Program-made: the position numbers and the translations under genes
Notes under the pieces: model-generated
Seen by the model: only the letters and a program-made list of their open reading frames with translations
Database searches by the model: none
Told to the model about the DNA's origin: nothing
Shown: in pieces, positions 41,043 to 49,309 of the stretch
Numbering within the stretch: position 1 is the first letter of the stretch
Layout: each line of letters opens with the position of its first letter
NCBI GenBank assembly: GCA_963725585.1
Contig: CAVRYU010000009.1
Coordinates: 413,070 to 477,069, forward strand
Reading direction: 5' to 3'
DNA length: 64,000 nt
Source of the DNA: an uncultured Bacteroidales bacterium
GTDB taxonomy: Bacteria; Bacteroidota; Bacteroidia; Bacteroidales; VadinHA17

Positions 41043-42131
41043 ATGCATAAGATTTTATTTTTTCTGACAGGATCATTATTGATCCTGTCAGCTTCAGGTT
41101 GCGGTGATAAATATTATTCCGAAGGTGATTTTTCTTCTGTTTTAAAGATTGATTCTCATGTCCATATAAACAGCAATAAAGGATATTTTGAAGAACAGGC
41201 CATTAAGGATAATTTTATACTTATTACCCTTGGAGTGGATCACGGGGATTCGGCTAATATCCAGCGTCAGCAGGAAAATGCAACTTTTTCGGCCGGGAAA
41301 TATCCCGGTAAAGTATTCTATGGACCAACATTTCTATTCGATACTGCAGGCTGGGGAACAGACTCCTGGAGTAAAAAAGTAATTAACACAGCTGGATAAA
41401 GATATTGCAGGTGGTGCAATTACGGTGAAAATATGGAAAAACATAGGGATGACGGTACGCGACAGATCCGGGAAATTCATAATGACAGATGATCCCGGCT
41501 TGGATCAGGTGTGTTGAATTCATGAAAAGCAAAGGACTCCCTGTTACGGGCATCTTGGTGAGCCACGAAACTGCTGGCTCCCCCTTGATCAGATGACTGT
41601 TAGCAGCGATAGTAGTTATTTTGCCAGCAATCCTCAGTATCATATGTTTCTTCATCCTGAATACCCTTCATATGAGGATCAGATAAATGGCCCGCGATAA
41701 CCTGCTCGTAAAACATCCCGATCTGATATTTCATCGGCTGTCACCTTGGCAGTCTTGAATGGAATGTTGATTCACTTGCAAAAAGGCTTGACAGGTTTCC
41801 CAACATGGCAGTGGATATGTCGGCCAGAATTTGTCATTTGCAGTATCAGTCGGCACAGGACAGAAAGAGGGTAAGGGATTTTTGCATCAAATATCAGGAC
41901 AGGCTACTTTATGGAACCGACACAGGCGACAGCGGGAATTCTGATCCTGAAAGATTCAAAAATAATATGCATGAAACATGGCTTGATGACTGGATATATT
42001 TTACCACAGATGATGAGATGACTTCGGATAAGTTCAGGGGGAAATTCACCGGACTAAAGCTTCCGGAAGAGGTGGTAGATAAGATTTACAGCGGGAATGC
42101 CATTAAATGGTATAAATTGAAATTAAATTAA
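41043..42131 (+). pseudogene. Metal-dependent amidohydrolase (Amidohydro_2-like), interrupted by about 5 single-base indels
   Basis: Homology-like sequence can be followed across frames. The pieces are: lipoprotein signal..IDSHVHI..KKVIN | QLDKDIAGGAITVKIWKNIGM..DDPGLDQV | EFMKSKGLPVTG | HLGEPRNCWLPLDQM..HPEYPSYEDQIN | ARDNLLVKHPDLIF | IGCHLGSLEWNVDSLAKRLDRFPNMAVD... Confidence 0.7.
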
Positions 42132-42141
42132 TCAAGAATCA

Positions 42142-42199
42142 GCCCCCCAACCCCCCTAAAGGGGGGCTAAAATACTACCCCCTTTAGGGGGCAGGGGGC
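42142..42199. repeat. C/G-run nested-hairpin repeat, type 2 (copy F)
   Basis: GCCCCCC aa CCCCCC taaa GGGGGG ctaaaatacta CCCCC ttta GGGGG ca GGGGGC. This is the most compact and regular copy. Confidence 0.9.
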
Positions 42200-42212
42200 A
42201 AAACCAAATATT

Positions 42213-43731
42213 ATGAAGCCATATTTTACCAAACTTAGTGTTTTAATTCTGTCCCTTATTTTTGTAACAAATGTTACAATTTTCGGACAGAAGGGAAATC
42301 TTCCGGTTGCCTCTGGGCCCTTTAAGCCTACTGATGAATCACTTCAGCAGAACAAGTATCCTGAATGGTTCAGGGATGCTAAATTCGGAATCTGGTCGCA
42401 CTGGGGCCCTCAGGCAGTACCAAGGCAGGGCGACTGGTATGCAAGAAGAATGTACCAGGAGAAGGATCCTGCCTATAAGTACCATGTTGAACATTATGGT
42501 CATCCATCGGAATTTGGCTTCAAGGATATTATTCCACTCTGGAAAGCTGAAAAATGGGATCCTGAAAAACTTATGGCTCTGTACAAAAAAGCCGGTGCCA
42601 GAGTATTTTGTCAGCATGGGAACACATCACGACAATTTCTTTCTGTGGAATTCAAATATTCACAAATGGAATGCCGTAAAAATGGGTCCGCAAAAGGATG
42701 TTGTAGGAATCTGGCAGAAAGCAGCAAAGGCACAGGGCTTGAAATTTGGGGTATCTGAACATCTTGGTGCAAGTTTCACCTGGTTCCAGGATGCTCACAG
42801 GTCGGACAGCCAGGGACCTAAAGCCGGCGTACCATATGACGGAGCAAATCCTGAATTCAGTGACCTGTACCATGCTGCCACTACTCCTGACGATAAAGGA
42901 TGGCTTACAAACAATCTTGTTTTTCAGATTGAATGGTTCAGCTCCATAAAAGAACTGATTGATAATTATCATCCTGATCTTCTTTATTCCGACAGCGGGA
43001 TGCCTTTTGAAGATGTCGGTAGAAGTCTGATTTCTCATTATTACAATCAGGATATAACCAGGAACAACGGTATCCTTAATGTGGTATATACATGTAAACA
43101 GGCTTCCGGAGGCAAATGGGTGGAAGACGTGGAAAGGGGAGTAAAAGATACTGCAAGCCTGTATCCATGGCAGACCGATACATCAATCGGAGACTGGTAC
43201 TACAGGACAGGCCAGAAATATAAAAGCGCCACAGAGGTAGTTCAGATGCTGGTCGATATCGTAAGCAAAAATGGCAACCTTCTCTTAAATGTCGTTCAGA
43301 CTCCGGAAGGCGACCTGGAACCAGATATGCTGAAAATACTTGACGAAATAGGAGTCTGGACTTCAGCCAACGGGGAAGGGATATATGGCACCCGACCATG
43401 GAAAACCTTCGGTGAGGTGTCGGCAGAATCAAAAGCTTTTAAACCTGGGCGCTTCAATGAAAACTATAAATTCAACTCGAAGGATATCCGTTTTACGGCA
43501 AAAGATGGTATATTGTATGCTTTCTGTCTGGGAATTCCGACAGAGGATATTCTGATAAGGTCGCTGGGTAAAAACTCCGGTCTTACTGAAAAACCTGTTG
43601 CCTCCGTGAAGATGCTCGGGAGTGATATTAAGATCAGGTGGACCCAGACTGCGAACGGATTGATAATAAAAAAACCATCAAAATTCCCCATATGGCAGGT
43701 GCCGGGATTTAAGATCGAATTCAGTAAATAG
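42213..43731 (+). pseudogene. GH29 alpha-L-fucosidase, secreted, one frameshift as assembled
   Basis: The first frame carries the signal peptide and ..EWFRDAKFGIWSHWGPQAVP..ALYKKAGAR. The second frame continues YFVSMGTHHDNFFLWNS... to 43731. There is one extra base near 42600-42612. Confidence 0.8.
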
Positions 43732-43755
43732 CTTTAACCTAAACCCAAATCTATA

Positions 43756-44517
43756 ATGGACTCAATTTTTAACTCGCGAAGAAGCTTTATAAAGAAAGCT
43801 GCTTTAGGAACCATGGCTGCGATAAGCATCCCGGAAATCCTTTCAGCAGCAATGCCTAAGGAAAAAATTAAAGGTTTAAAGCTTTTAAAGGAACAGGTGA
43901 TCCTGTTTCAGGGTGATTCAATAACGGATTCAGGCAGAAATAAGGAAGATACAGGATTCAATACAGCCAGGAATCTGGGTTCTGGTTACCCGATGCTGGC
44001 AGGAGCTGCCATACTGAACAAATATGAAGCGCTGAATCTTAAAATTTATAACAAAGGCATTTCAGGAAATAAAGTCTTCCAGCTTGCCGAACGATGGGAC
44101 AAAGATTGCCTCGAACTTAAACCCGATGTACTGAGTATCCTTATCGGCGTAAATGATATATGGCATAAGCTCAACGGAACTTACAACGGCACAGCTGAAA
44201 TTTACAGGAATGACTACATAGCCCTGCTTGAAAGAACCATAAAAGCTCTTCCAAACGTGAAACTCATTATATGTGAGCCTTTTGCTGTTAAGGGAGTAAA
44301 AGCTGTTGATGATAAATGGTATCCTGAATTCTTCGATTACCAGAAGGCAGCAAAAGATATTGCCCGGCAGTTCAAAGCAACTTTCATTCCGTTCCAGAGC
44401 GTTTTTGATGAAGCCCAGAAAAGAGCTCCGGGATCATACTGGACAGGTGACGGTGTCCATCCGTCACTTGCCGGCGCCCAGCTAATGGCAAAAGCCTGGA
44501 TGAAAGCCCTTTTATAA
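43756..44517 (+). CDS. SGNH/GDSL hydrolase (esterase) with TAT-like signal
   Basis: 253 aa. It has an SRRSFIKKAALG twin-arginine motif. SGNH blocks are FQGDSITD, GISGN, GVND and DGVHPS. Confidence 0.75.
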   Translation: MDSIFNSRRSFIKKAALGTMAAISIPEILSAAMPKEKIKGLKLLKEQVILFQGDSITDSGRNKEDTGFNTARNLGSGYPMLAGAAILNKYEALNLKIYNKGISGNKVFQLAERWDKDCLELKPDVLSILIGVNDIWHKLNGTYNGTAEIYRNDYIALLERTIKALPNVKLIICEPFAVKGVKAVDDKWYPEFFDYQKAAKDIARQFKATFIPFQSVFDEAQKRAPGSYWTGDGVHPSLAGAQLMAKAWMKALL

Positions 44518-44536
44518 TTCTAATCCTGTAAAAAAA

Positions 44537-45395
44537 ATGAAAAACATAACACGACGCGGATTCATTCAGCATAGTCTTTCTGCCGGCATCGGGATGGCTG
44601 CCCTGAGCCCGTCTTCCTGACCTGCCTGCTATGGCAAAGGGAAAAATGAAATTTGGCCTTGTAACTTATCAATGGGGAAGAGACTGGGATCTGCCGACAC
44701 TTATTGCCAACTGTGAAAAGACAGGATTACTGGGCGTTGAACTGAGAACTGAACATGCACACAAGGTTGAGATAAACCTTACTGCTGCTCAGCGTGCTGA
44801 GGTAAAAAAACGCTTTGCCGACAGTCCGGTTGAATGCATTGGCTATGGAGCCAATTTTGAGTATCACAGCCCTGATCCTGCACAGCTCCGGACCAATATT
44901 GAGCAGACAAAAGAGTATATTAAACTTTGTAAAGATATCGGAGCAACCGGAATCAAGGTAAAACCAAATGATCTTCCTGCGGGTGTTCCAAAGGAGAAGA
45001 CAATAGCACAGATCGCGGCTTCGCTGAATGAAATCGGAAAGTTTGGCCGCGATTATGACCAGCTTGTAAGGGTTGAGGTCCATGGCAACCTTACACAGGA
45101 AATTCCAAATATGAAAGCAATTTTCGAACTTGTAACCGAACCGAATGTCAAAATGTGCTGGAACTGCAATGACCAGGATCTGCTTCCGCCCGGACTTGAA
45201 GCTAACTTCAATTCTGTTAAGAAATGGTTTGGCGATACGGTTCATGTCCGTGAACTGAATGTAGGTGATTATCCGTATCAGCAGCTTTTTAATTTATTTA
45301 ACGGCATCAGATATAAAGGCTGGATCCTTCTTGAAGCACGTACAGAACCTGCTGACAGAATCGCAGCATATGAAAGAACAATTGACAATTTTTAA
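44537..45395 (+). pseudogene. Xylose-isomerase-like TIM-barrel protein with TAT signal, one frameshift as assembled
   Basis: The TAT signal ORF is MKNITRRGFIQHSLSAGIGMAALSPSS*. The mature part follows in the next frame (..LPDLPAMAKGKMKFGLVTYQWG...). The frames join near 44605-44618. Confidence 0.7.
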
Positions 45396-45411
45396 ACAAA
45401 TGACGAAATAA

Positions 45412-45485
45412 CCCCCTTTCCCGTTTCCCCCAGGGGGGAAAGGCTGAATAATTCCTTCCCCCTTGGGGGAAGGCTAGGAAGGGGG
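45412..45485. repeat. C/G-run nested-hairpin repeat, type 1 (copy C), inverted relative to copies A and B
   Basis: CCCCC-tttcccg-TTTCCCCC ag GGGGGAAA-ggctgaataatt-CCTTCCCCC ttg GGGGAAGG-ctaggaa-GGGGG. This matches the reverse complement of copy A. Confidence 0.85.
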
Positions 45486-45522
45486 TAAGAAAATAATAAG
45501 GATGACTAAAAACTATCTAAAA

Positions 45523-46896
45523 ATGACAAACAGAAGAGATTTTATAAAGATCAACAGCTATTGGTGCTGCAGGGATCACAATAGGTGGATCTGGGCCTCA
45601 GTCCAAAAAGCTATTCCCAGGTGGTGGGATCCAACGATCGTATCAATCTCGCCGTAGTTGGCATCCGCAGCAGGGGCAGGGATCATATTAACAGCTGGTG
45701 CGCGCTTAAGGACAACCGCAACGTAAGGATAAAGACGATATGTGATGTTGATGAACAATTTTATCGCTCAGGCCGCAAAGCTCATCCTCGACAAATCAGG
45801 GGAAAAGGCAGTCACTGAATGGGATATGCGCAAGGTGTTCGATGATAAGGATATTGATGCTGTCTCATTCGGGGTTCCCAACCACTGGCATGCCTTAAGT
45901 GCAATATGGGCCAGCCAGGCAGGGAAACATGTGTATGCTGAAAAACCAGCCTGCCATAACATTTATGAAGGAAGAAAAATGGTCGAAGCTGCAGCGAAAT
46001 ATAATGTACGTATGCAGACCGGATGCCAGAACCGGTCAATTCCAAACGTCATAGAAGCTATGAAGTTCCTGCACAGCGGAGGTATCGGCGATGTCTTTAT
46101 GGCAAAAGGTCTCTGCTATAAACCCCGCGATTCCTTTGGAATTGCACCTGACGGAACTGCACCGGCATCACTTCATTACGATATGTGGCTCGGCCCTGCT
46201 CCTTTACGTCCATATAATGAAAAGAGAGTGCATTACAACTGGCACTGGTTCTGGGATACAGGAAATGGTGACACAGGCAACCAGGGACCTCATCAGTTCG
46301 ATATTGCTCGCTGGGGTCTGAACAAAAATGAACATCCTGTTTCGATATACTCAATGGGAGGTCTTTTCGGAATTAATCCTGCTGAATGTGCTCAGGAAAC
46401 CCCGAATACCCAGACCTCAATGTTCAAATATAAGGACGGCAAAATACTGGAATTCGAGACAAGGGGAAGGTACACGAATGATGAATCAAGTCTGGGAATC
46501 CGGATAGGCAATACATTTTACGGGACCGAAGGGTATCTTGAACTGAATGAAGAAACATGGAAAGCATTCCGTAAGCGCGAAAGGGAGCCATTTGCCGGAT
46601 CAAAAACCGGTGAAAAAAGTGTCGGCGATCCGACATTCCTTGCTGCTCCGGGAGGAACTGAACATTTTGCTAATTTTCTCGATGCAATCCGTTCAGGCAA
46701 GGATGAAACCCTTAATTGCCAGATAAAAGAAGGTTTTATTTCATCAGCACTTCCGCTTCTTGCAAATATTTCCTACCGGCTTGGAAGGGAACTTACATTT
46801 GATGGAGCAAAGGAAAAGTTCGTAAAAGACAAGGCAGCTGATGCAATGCTAACAAGGAACTACAGGAAACCATACGTTGTTCCGGAAGTTGTTTGA
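45523..46896 (+). pseudogene. Gfo/Idh/MocA-family oxidoreductase with TAT signal, three frameshifts in the first ~240 nt as assembled
   Basis: The pieces across frames are MTNRRDFIKI | TAIGAAGITIGGSG | ..SPKSYSQVVGSNDRINLAVVGIRSRGRDHINSW..ICDVDEQF | IAQAAKLILDKSGEK... The remaining 384 aa are intact (..VPNHWHA..YAEKP..). Confidence 0.75.
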
Positions 46897-46915
46897 AAGT
46901 ATAGAAGAATTTTAC

Positions 46916-47040
46916 CACGGGTTTCACGGAGTTTCACGGAATTTCATTCCCAGATCCAACAAAAAAATGTAATTACATTGTAATTACGTATTTTCTATGT
47001 TAAAGATCATAAAACCCGTGTAAATCCGTGAAATCCGTGG
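46916..47040. repeat. Simple-sequence inverted-repeat element (MITE-like architecture)
   Basis: The left arm is ccacgggtttcacggagtttcacgg. The right arm is cccgtgtaaatccgtgaaatccgtgg, its imperfect reverse complement. The core holds a tandem tgtaattac x2. Confidence 0.75.
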
Positions 47041-47062
47041 TTAATGGATTTAATTATAGATA

Positions 47063-47133
47063 CCCCCAAACCCCCCAAGGGGGGCTTAAGAAAGAGTAGA
47101 GTTTATTGAAGTCCCCCCTGGGGGATTTAGGGG
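47063..47133. repeat. C/G-run nested-hairpin repeat, type 2 (copy J)
   Basis: CCCCC aaa CCCCCC aa GGGGGG ...(28 nt)... CCCCC ct GGGGG attta GGGG. Confidence 0.8.
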
Positions 47134-47152
47134 TTGATTAAATAATATTAAG

Positions 47153-48202
47153 ATGAAATTAATTAAACGCCGAAATTTCATTAAAACCTCAGCCGCCGGT
47201 GCTGCAGGTTTTGGATTACTGGGTAAAGCATCAGTTTTTGCTCAAAATCAGGATACAGCCAAACGAAGGGTAGGTATTATCGGGCTTGATACTTCGCATG
47301 CCACTGCTTTTACAGGCGCATTGAATAATCCCTCAGCCGGTCCGGAATTTGGCGGATACAAAGTTACAGCTGCCTATCCAAGGGGAAGCAACGACATAAA
47401 ATCGAGTGTTGACAGGATTGCCGGGTATACTGAGGAGGTTAAGAAGCTTGGTGTTGAGATAGTTGATTCAATTGGGGACCTGCTCAATAAAACAGATGTT
47501 ATACTCCTTGAAACGAACGACGGACGGCTTCACCTTGAGCAAGCCCTGCAGGTTATGAAAGCCGGAAAGAGGTTATTTATCGATAAGCCGATAGCCGCAT
47601 CCTTAACTGATGCAATAGCGATCTTTAATGCCGGACGGAAGTACAATGTTCCGGTATTCTCTTCATCATCTCTCCGATATATTGCCGGAGCAGATGAAAT
47701 TGCAAAAGGTTCCATAGGGAAAGTGCTCGGAGCTGATACTTACAGCCCGGCAACAATTGAGAAAACGCACCCCGACCTTTTCTGGTACGGAGTACATGGT
47801 GTTGAAACTCTTTTCACTGTTATGGGTACAGGATGCAAAAGCGTTACAGGGACATTTACTGAAGAAACTGATCTGGTTACAGGCCTATGGGCAGAAAACA
47901 GGATAGGTACATTCCGTGGAATACGCAAGGGGAAATCCGATTACGGAGGGATTGTATTTGGTGAAAAGGGGGTTGTTGCACTTGGCAAGTACAGTGGTTA
48001 TAACCCTCTCCTTGTTGAGATCATAAAGTTTTTTCAGACCGGAATTGCACCGGTCAGTCAGGCAGAGACAATTGAAATATTTGCTTTCATGGCAGCTGCC
48101 TCAGAGAGTAAGAAGCTTATCGGTGCACCGGTGTTTATAGAAAGTGTAATAAGGGAAGCTAAAAGGGAAGCTGCTGAAAAAATTGGTATTGAAAACAAAT
48201 AA
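47153..48202 (+). CDS. Gfo/Idh/MocA-like oxidoreductase with TAT signal
   Basis: 349 aa with a KRRNFIKTSAAGAAG twin-arginine signal and a Rossmann start VGIIGLDTSHA. Confidence 0.7.
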   Translation: MKLIKRRNFIKTSAAGAAGFGLLGKASVFAQNQDTAKRRVGIIGLDTSHATAFTGALNNPSAGPEFGGYKVTAAYPRGSNDIKSSVDRIAGYTEEVKKLGVEIVDSIGDLLNKTDVILLETNDGRLHLEQALQVMKAGKRLFIDKPIAASLTDAIAIFNAGRKYNVPVFSSSSLRYIAGADEIAKGSIGKVLGADTYSPATIEKTHPDLFWYGVHGVETLFTVMGTGCKSVTGTFTEETDLVTGLWAENRIGTFRGIRKGKSDYGGIVFGEKGVVALGKYSGYNPLLVEIIKFFQTGIAPVSQAETIEIFAFMAAASESKKLIGAPVFIESVIREAKREAAEKIGIENK

Positions 48203-48215
48203 AGATCTCTGAATT

Positions 48216-49283
48216 ATGAAAACATCCCGATTGTCAGTTCTTTTTTCTGTTATTATCTTTCCTCTGGTGTTAACATCATACCAGGGAATAAAAGCCCAGG
48301 GTGAAAAAAGCAAAAAGGTTGAATTCTCAGTCAGGGAATCGGAACAAAAAGTTGATGTAATGATAGGAGGGAAGCTGGTGACCTCGTATTGCTGGCCTGA
48401 AAATGTTTACAAGCCTGTTCTCTGGCCGGTCAGGACACTTACAGGCACCGAAATTACAAGAGGGTTCCCCCTGAAACCCAGGGAAGGGGAACGGAATGAT
48501 CACATTCACCAGGTGGGGTTGTGGCTAAATTATGGGAATGTCAACGGATTCGATTTCTGGGGAAATGGCTCGACAGGGAAAAAAAGTGAGAATGGCGGTG
48601 TAATTAAGCATCTGGCTATTGAAAGTGCAACCGGCGGCAACGGTGAAGGGGTGCTTTCTGTAAAGGCGGTCTGGCAGGATCCTTCAGGAAAAGAGCTGCT
48701 TGAAGAAAAAACAGAATTTCATTTTCTGGCTGACGACCAATATTATTGTATTGACAGAATTACAACACTTACTGCTGGTAATCAGGATATTTCAATGAAG
48801 GATACAAAGGAGGGAATGTTCGCAATCCGCGTTGCCCGGCAGTTGGAACTTCCTTCAAAAGAAGATGTCCCTCTTCTTGACTCCCGGGGAAAACCGGGAA
48901 CTGAGAAAGCAATGGAGAACAAGGGTGTAACCGGCAATTACAGGAGTAGTGAGGGTATAACAGGAGAAGCGGTATGGGGTACGCGGGCGAAATGGATGGA
49001 CCTTTACGGGATTATCGGAAATGAGAAGGTCTCGGTTGTAGTCTGCGACCATCCTGAAAATCCATCTTATCCGACATACTGGCATGCAAGAGGGTATGGA
49101 TTATTCTCAGCAAATCCACTTGGAGGCAATGATTTTACGGGTGGCAAAGAGATTGTTAATTTTTCGATACAGGCTGGTAAATCAATCACTTTCAGATACA
49201 GGACAATAATCACTTCAGGAATCCATTTAAATGATGAGGAGATTAACAGATTGGCAGACGATTTCGCCGGAAAATACAAATAG
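48216..49283 (+). CDS. DUF6807 / PmoA-like family protein, secreted
   Basis: 355 aa, a paralog of 6035-7120. The shared motifs are ..PVLWPVRTLTGTEITRGFPLKPREGERNDHIHQVGLWLNYGNVNGFDFWGN.. and ..ARGYGLFSANPLG... Confidence 0.65.
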   Translation: MKTSRLSVLFSVIIFPLVLTSYQGIKAQGEKSKKVEFSVRESEQKVDVMIGGKLVTSYCWPENVYKPVLWPVRTLTGTEITRGFPLKPREGERNDHIHQVGLWLNYGNVNGFDFWGNGSTGKKSENGGVIKHLAIESATGGNGEGVLSVKAVWQDPSGKELLEEKTEFHFLADDQYYCIDRITTLTAGNQDISMKDTKEGMFAIRVARQLELPSKEDVPLLDSRGKPGTEKAMENKGVTGNYRSSEGITGEAVWGTRAKWMDLYGIIGNEKVSVVVCDHPENPSYPTYWHARGYGLFSANPLGGNDFTGGKEIVNFSIQAGKSITFRYRTIITSGIHLNDEEINRLADDFAGKYK

Positions 49284-49309
49284 TTATTAATTCTAAAATA
49301 GTAAATATC

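Noticed and set aside
41383-41655. 90-aa minus-strand ORF in the apparent gap between amidohydrolase fragments
   Set aside because: The plus strand carries recognisable amidohydrolase sequence in shifting frames across this interval. The minus ORF is an artefact of the frameshifted pseudogene.
9805-46896. Programmed ribosomal frameshifting as an explanation for the split genes
   Set aside because: No slippery heptamer or shared context was seen at the junctions. The sites are too numerous and heterogeneous, and they affect unrelated housekeeping and catabolic genes. Sequencing error or decay is far more likely.
46916-47040. Autonomous or non-autonomous transposon (MITE) call for the inverted-repeat element
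   Set aside because: It has about 25-nt imperfect terminal inverted repeats. However, no target-site duplication, transposase or second copy is visible in the window, so it is kept only as a repeat of unknown nature.
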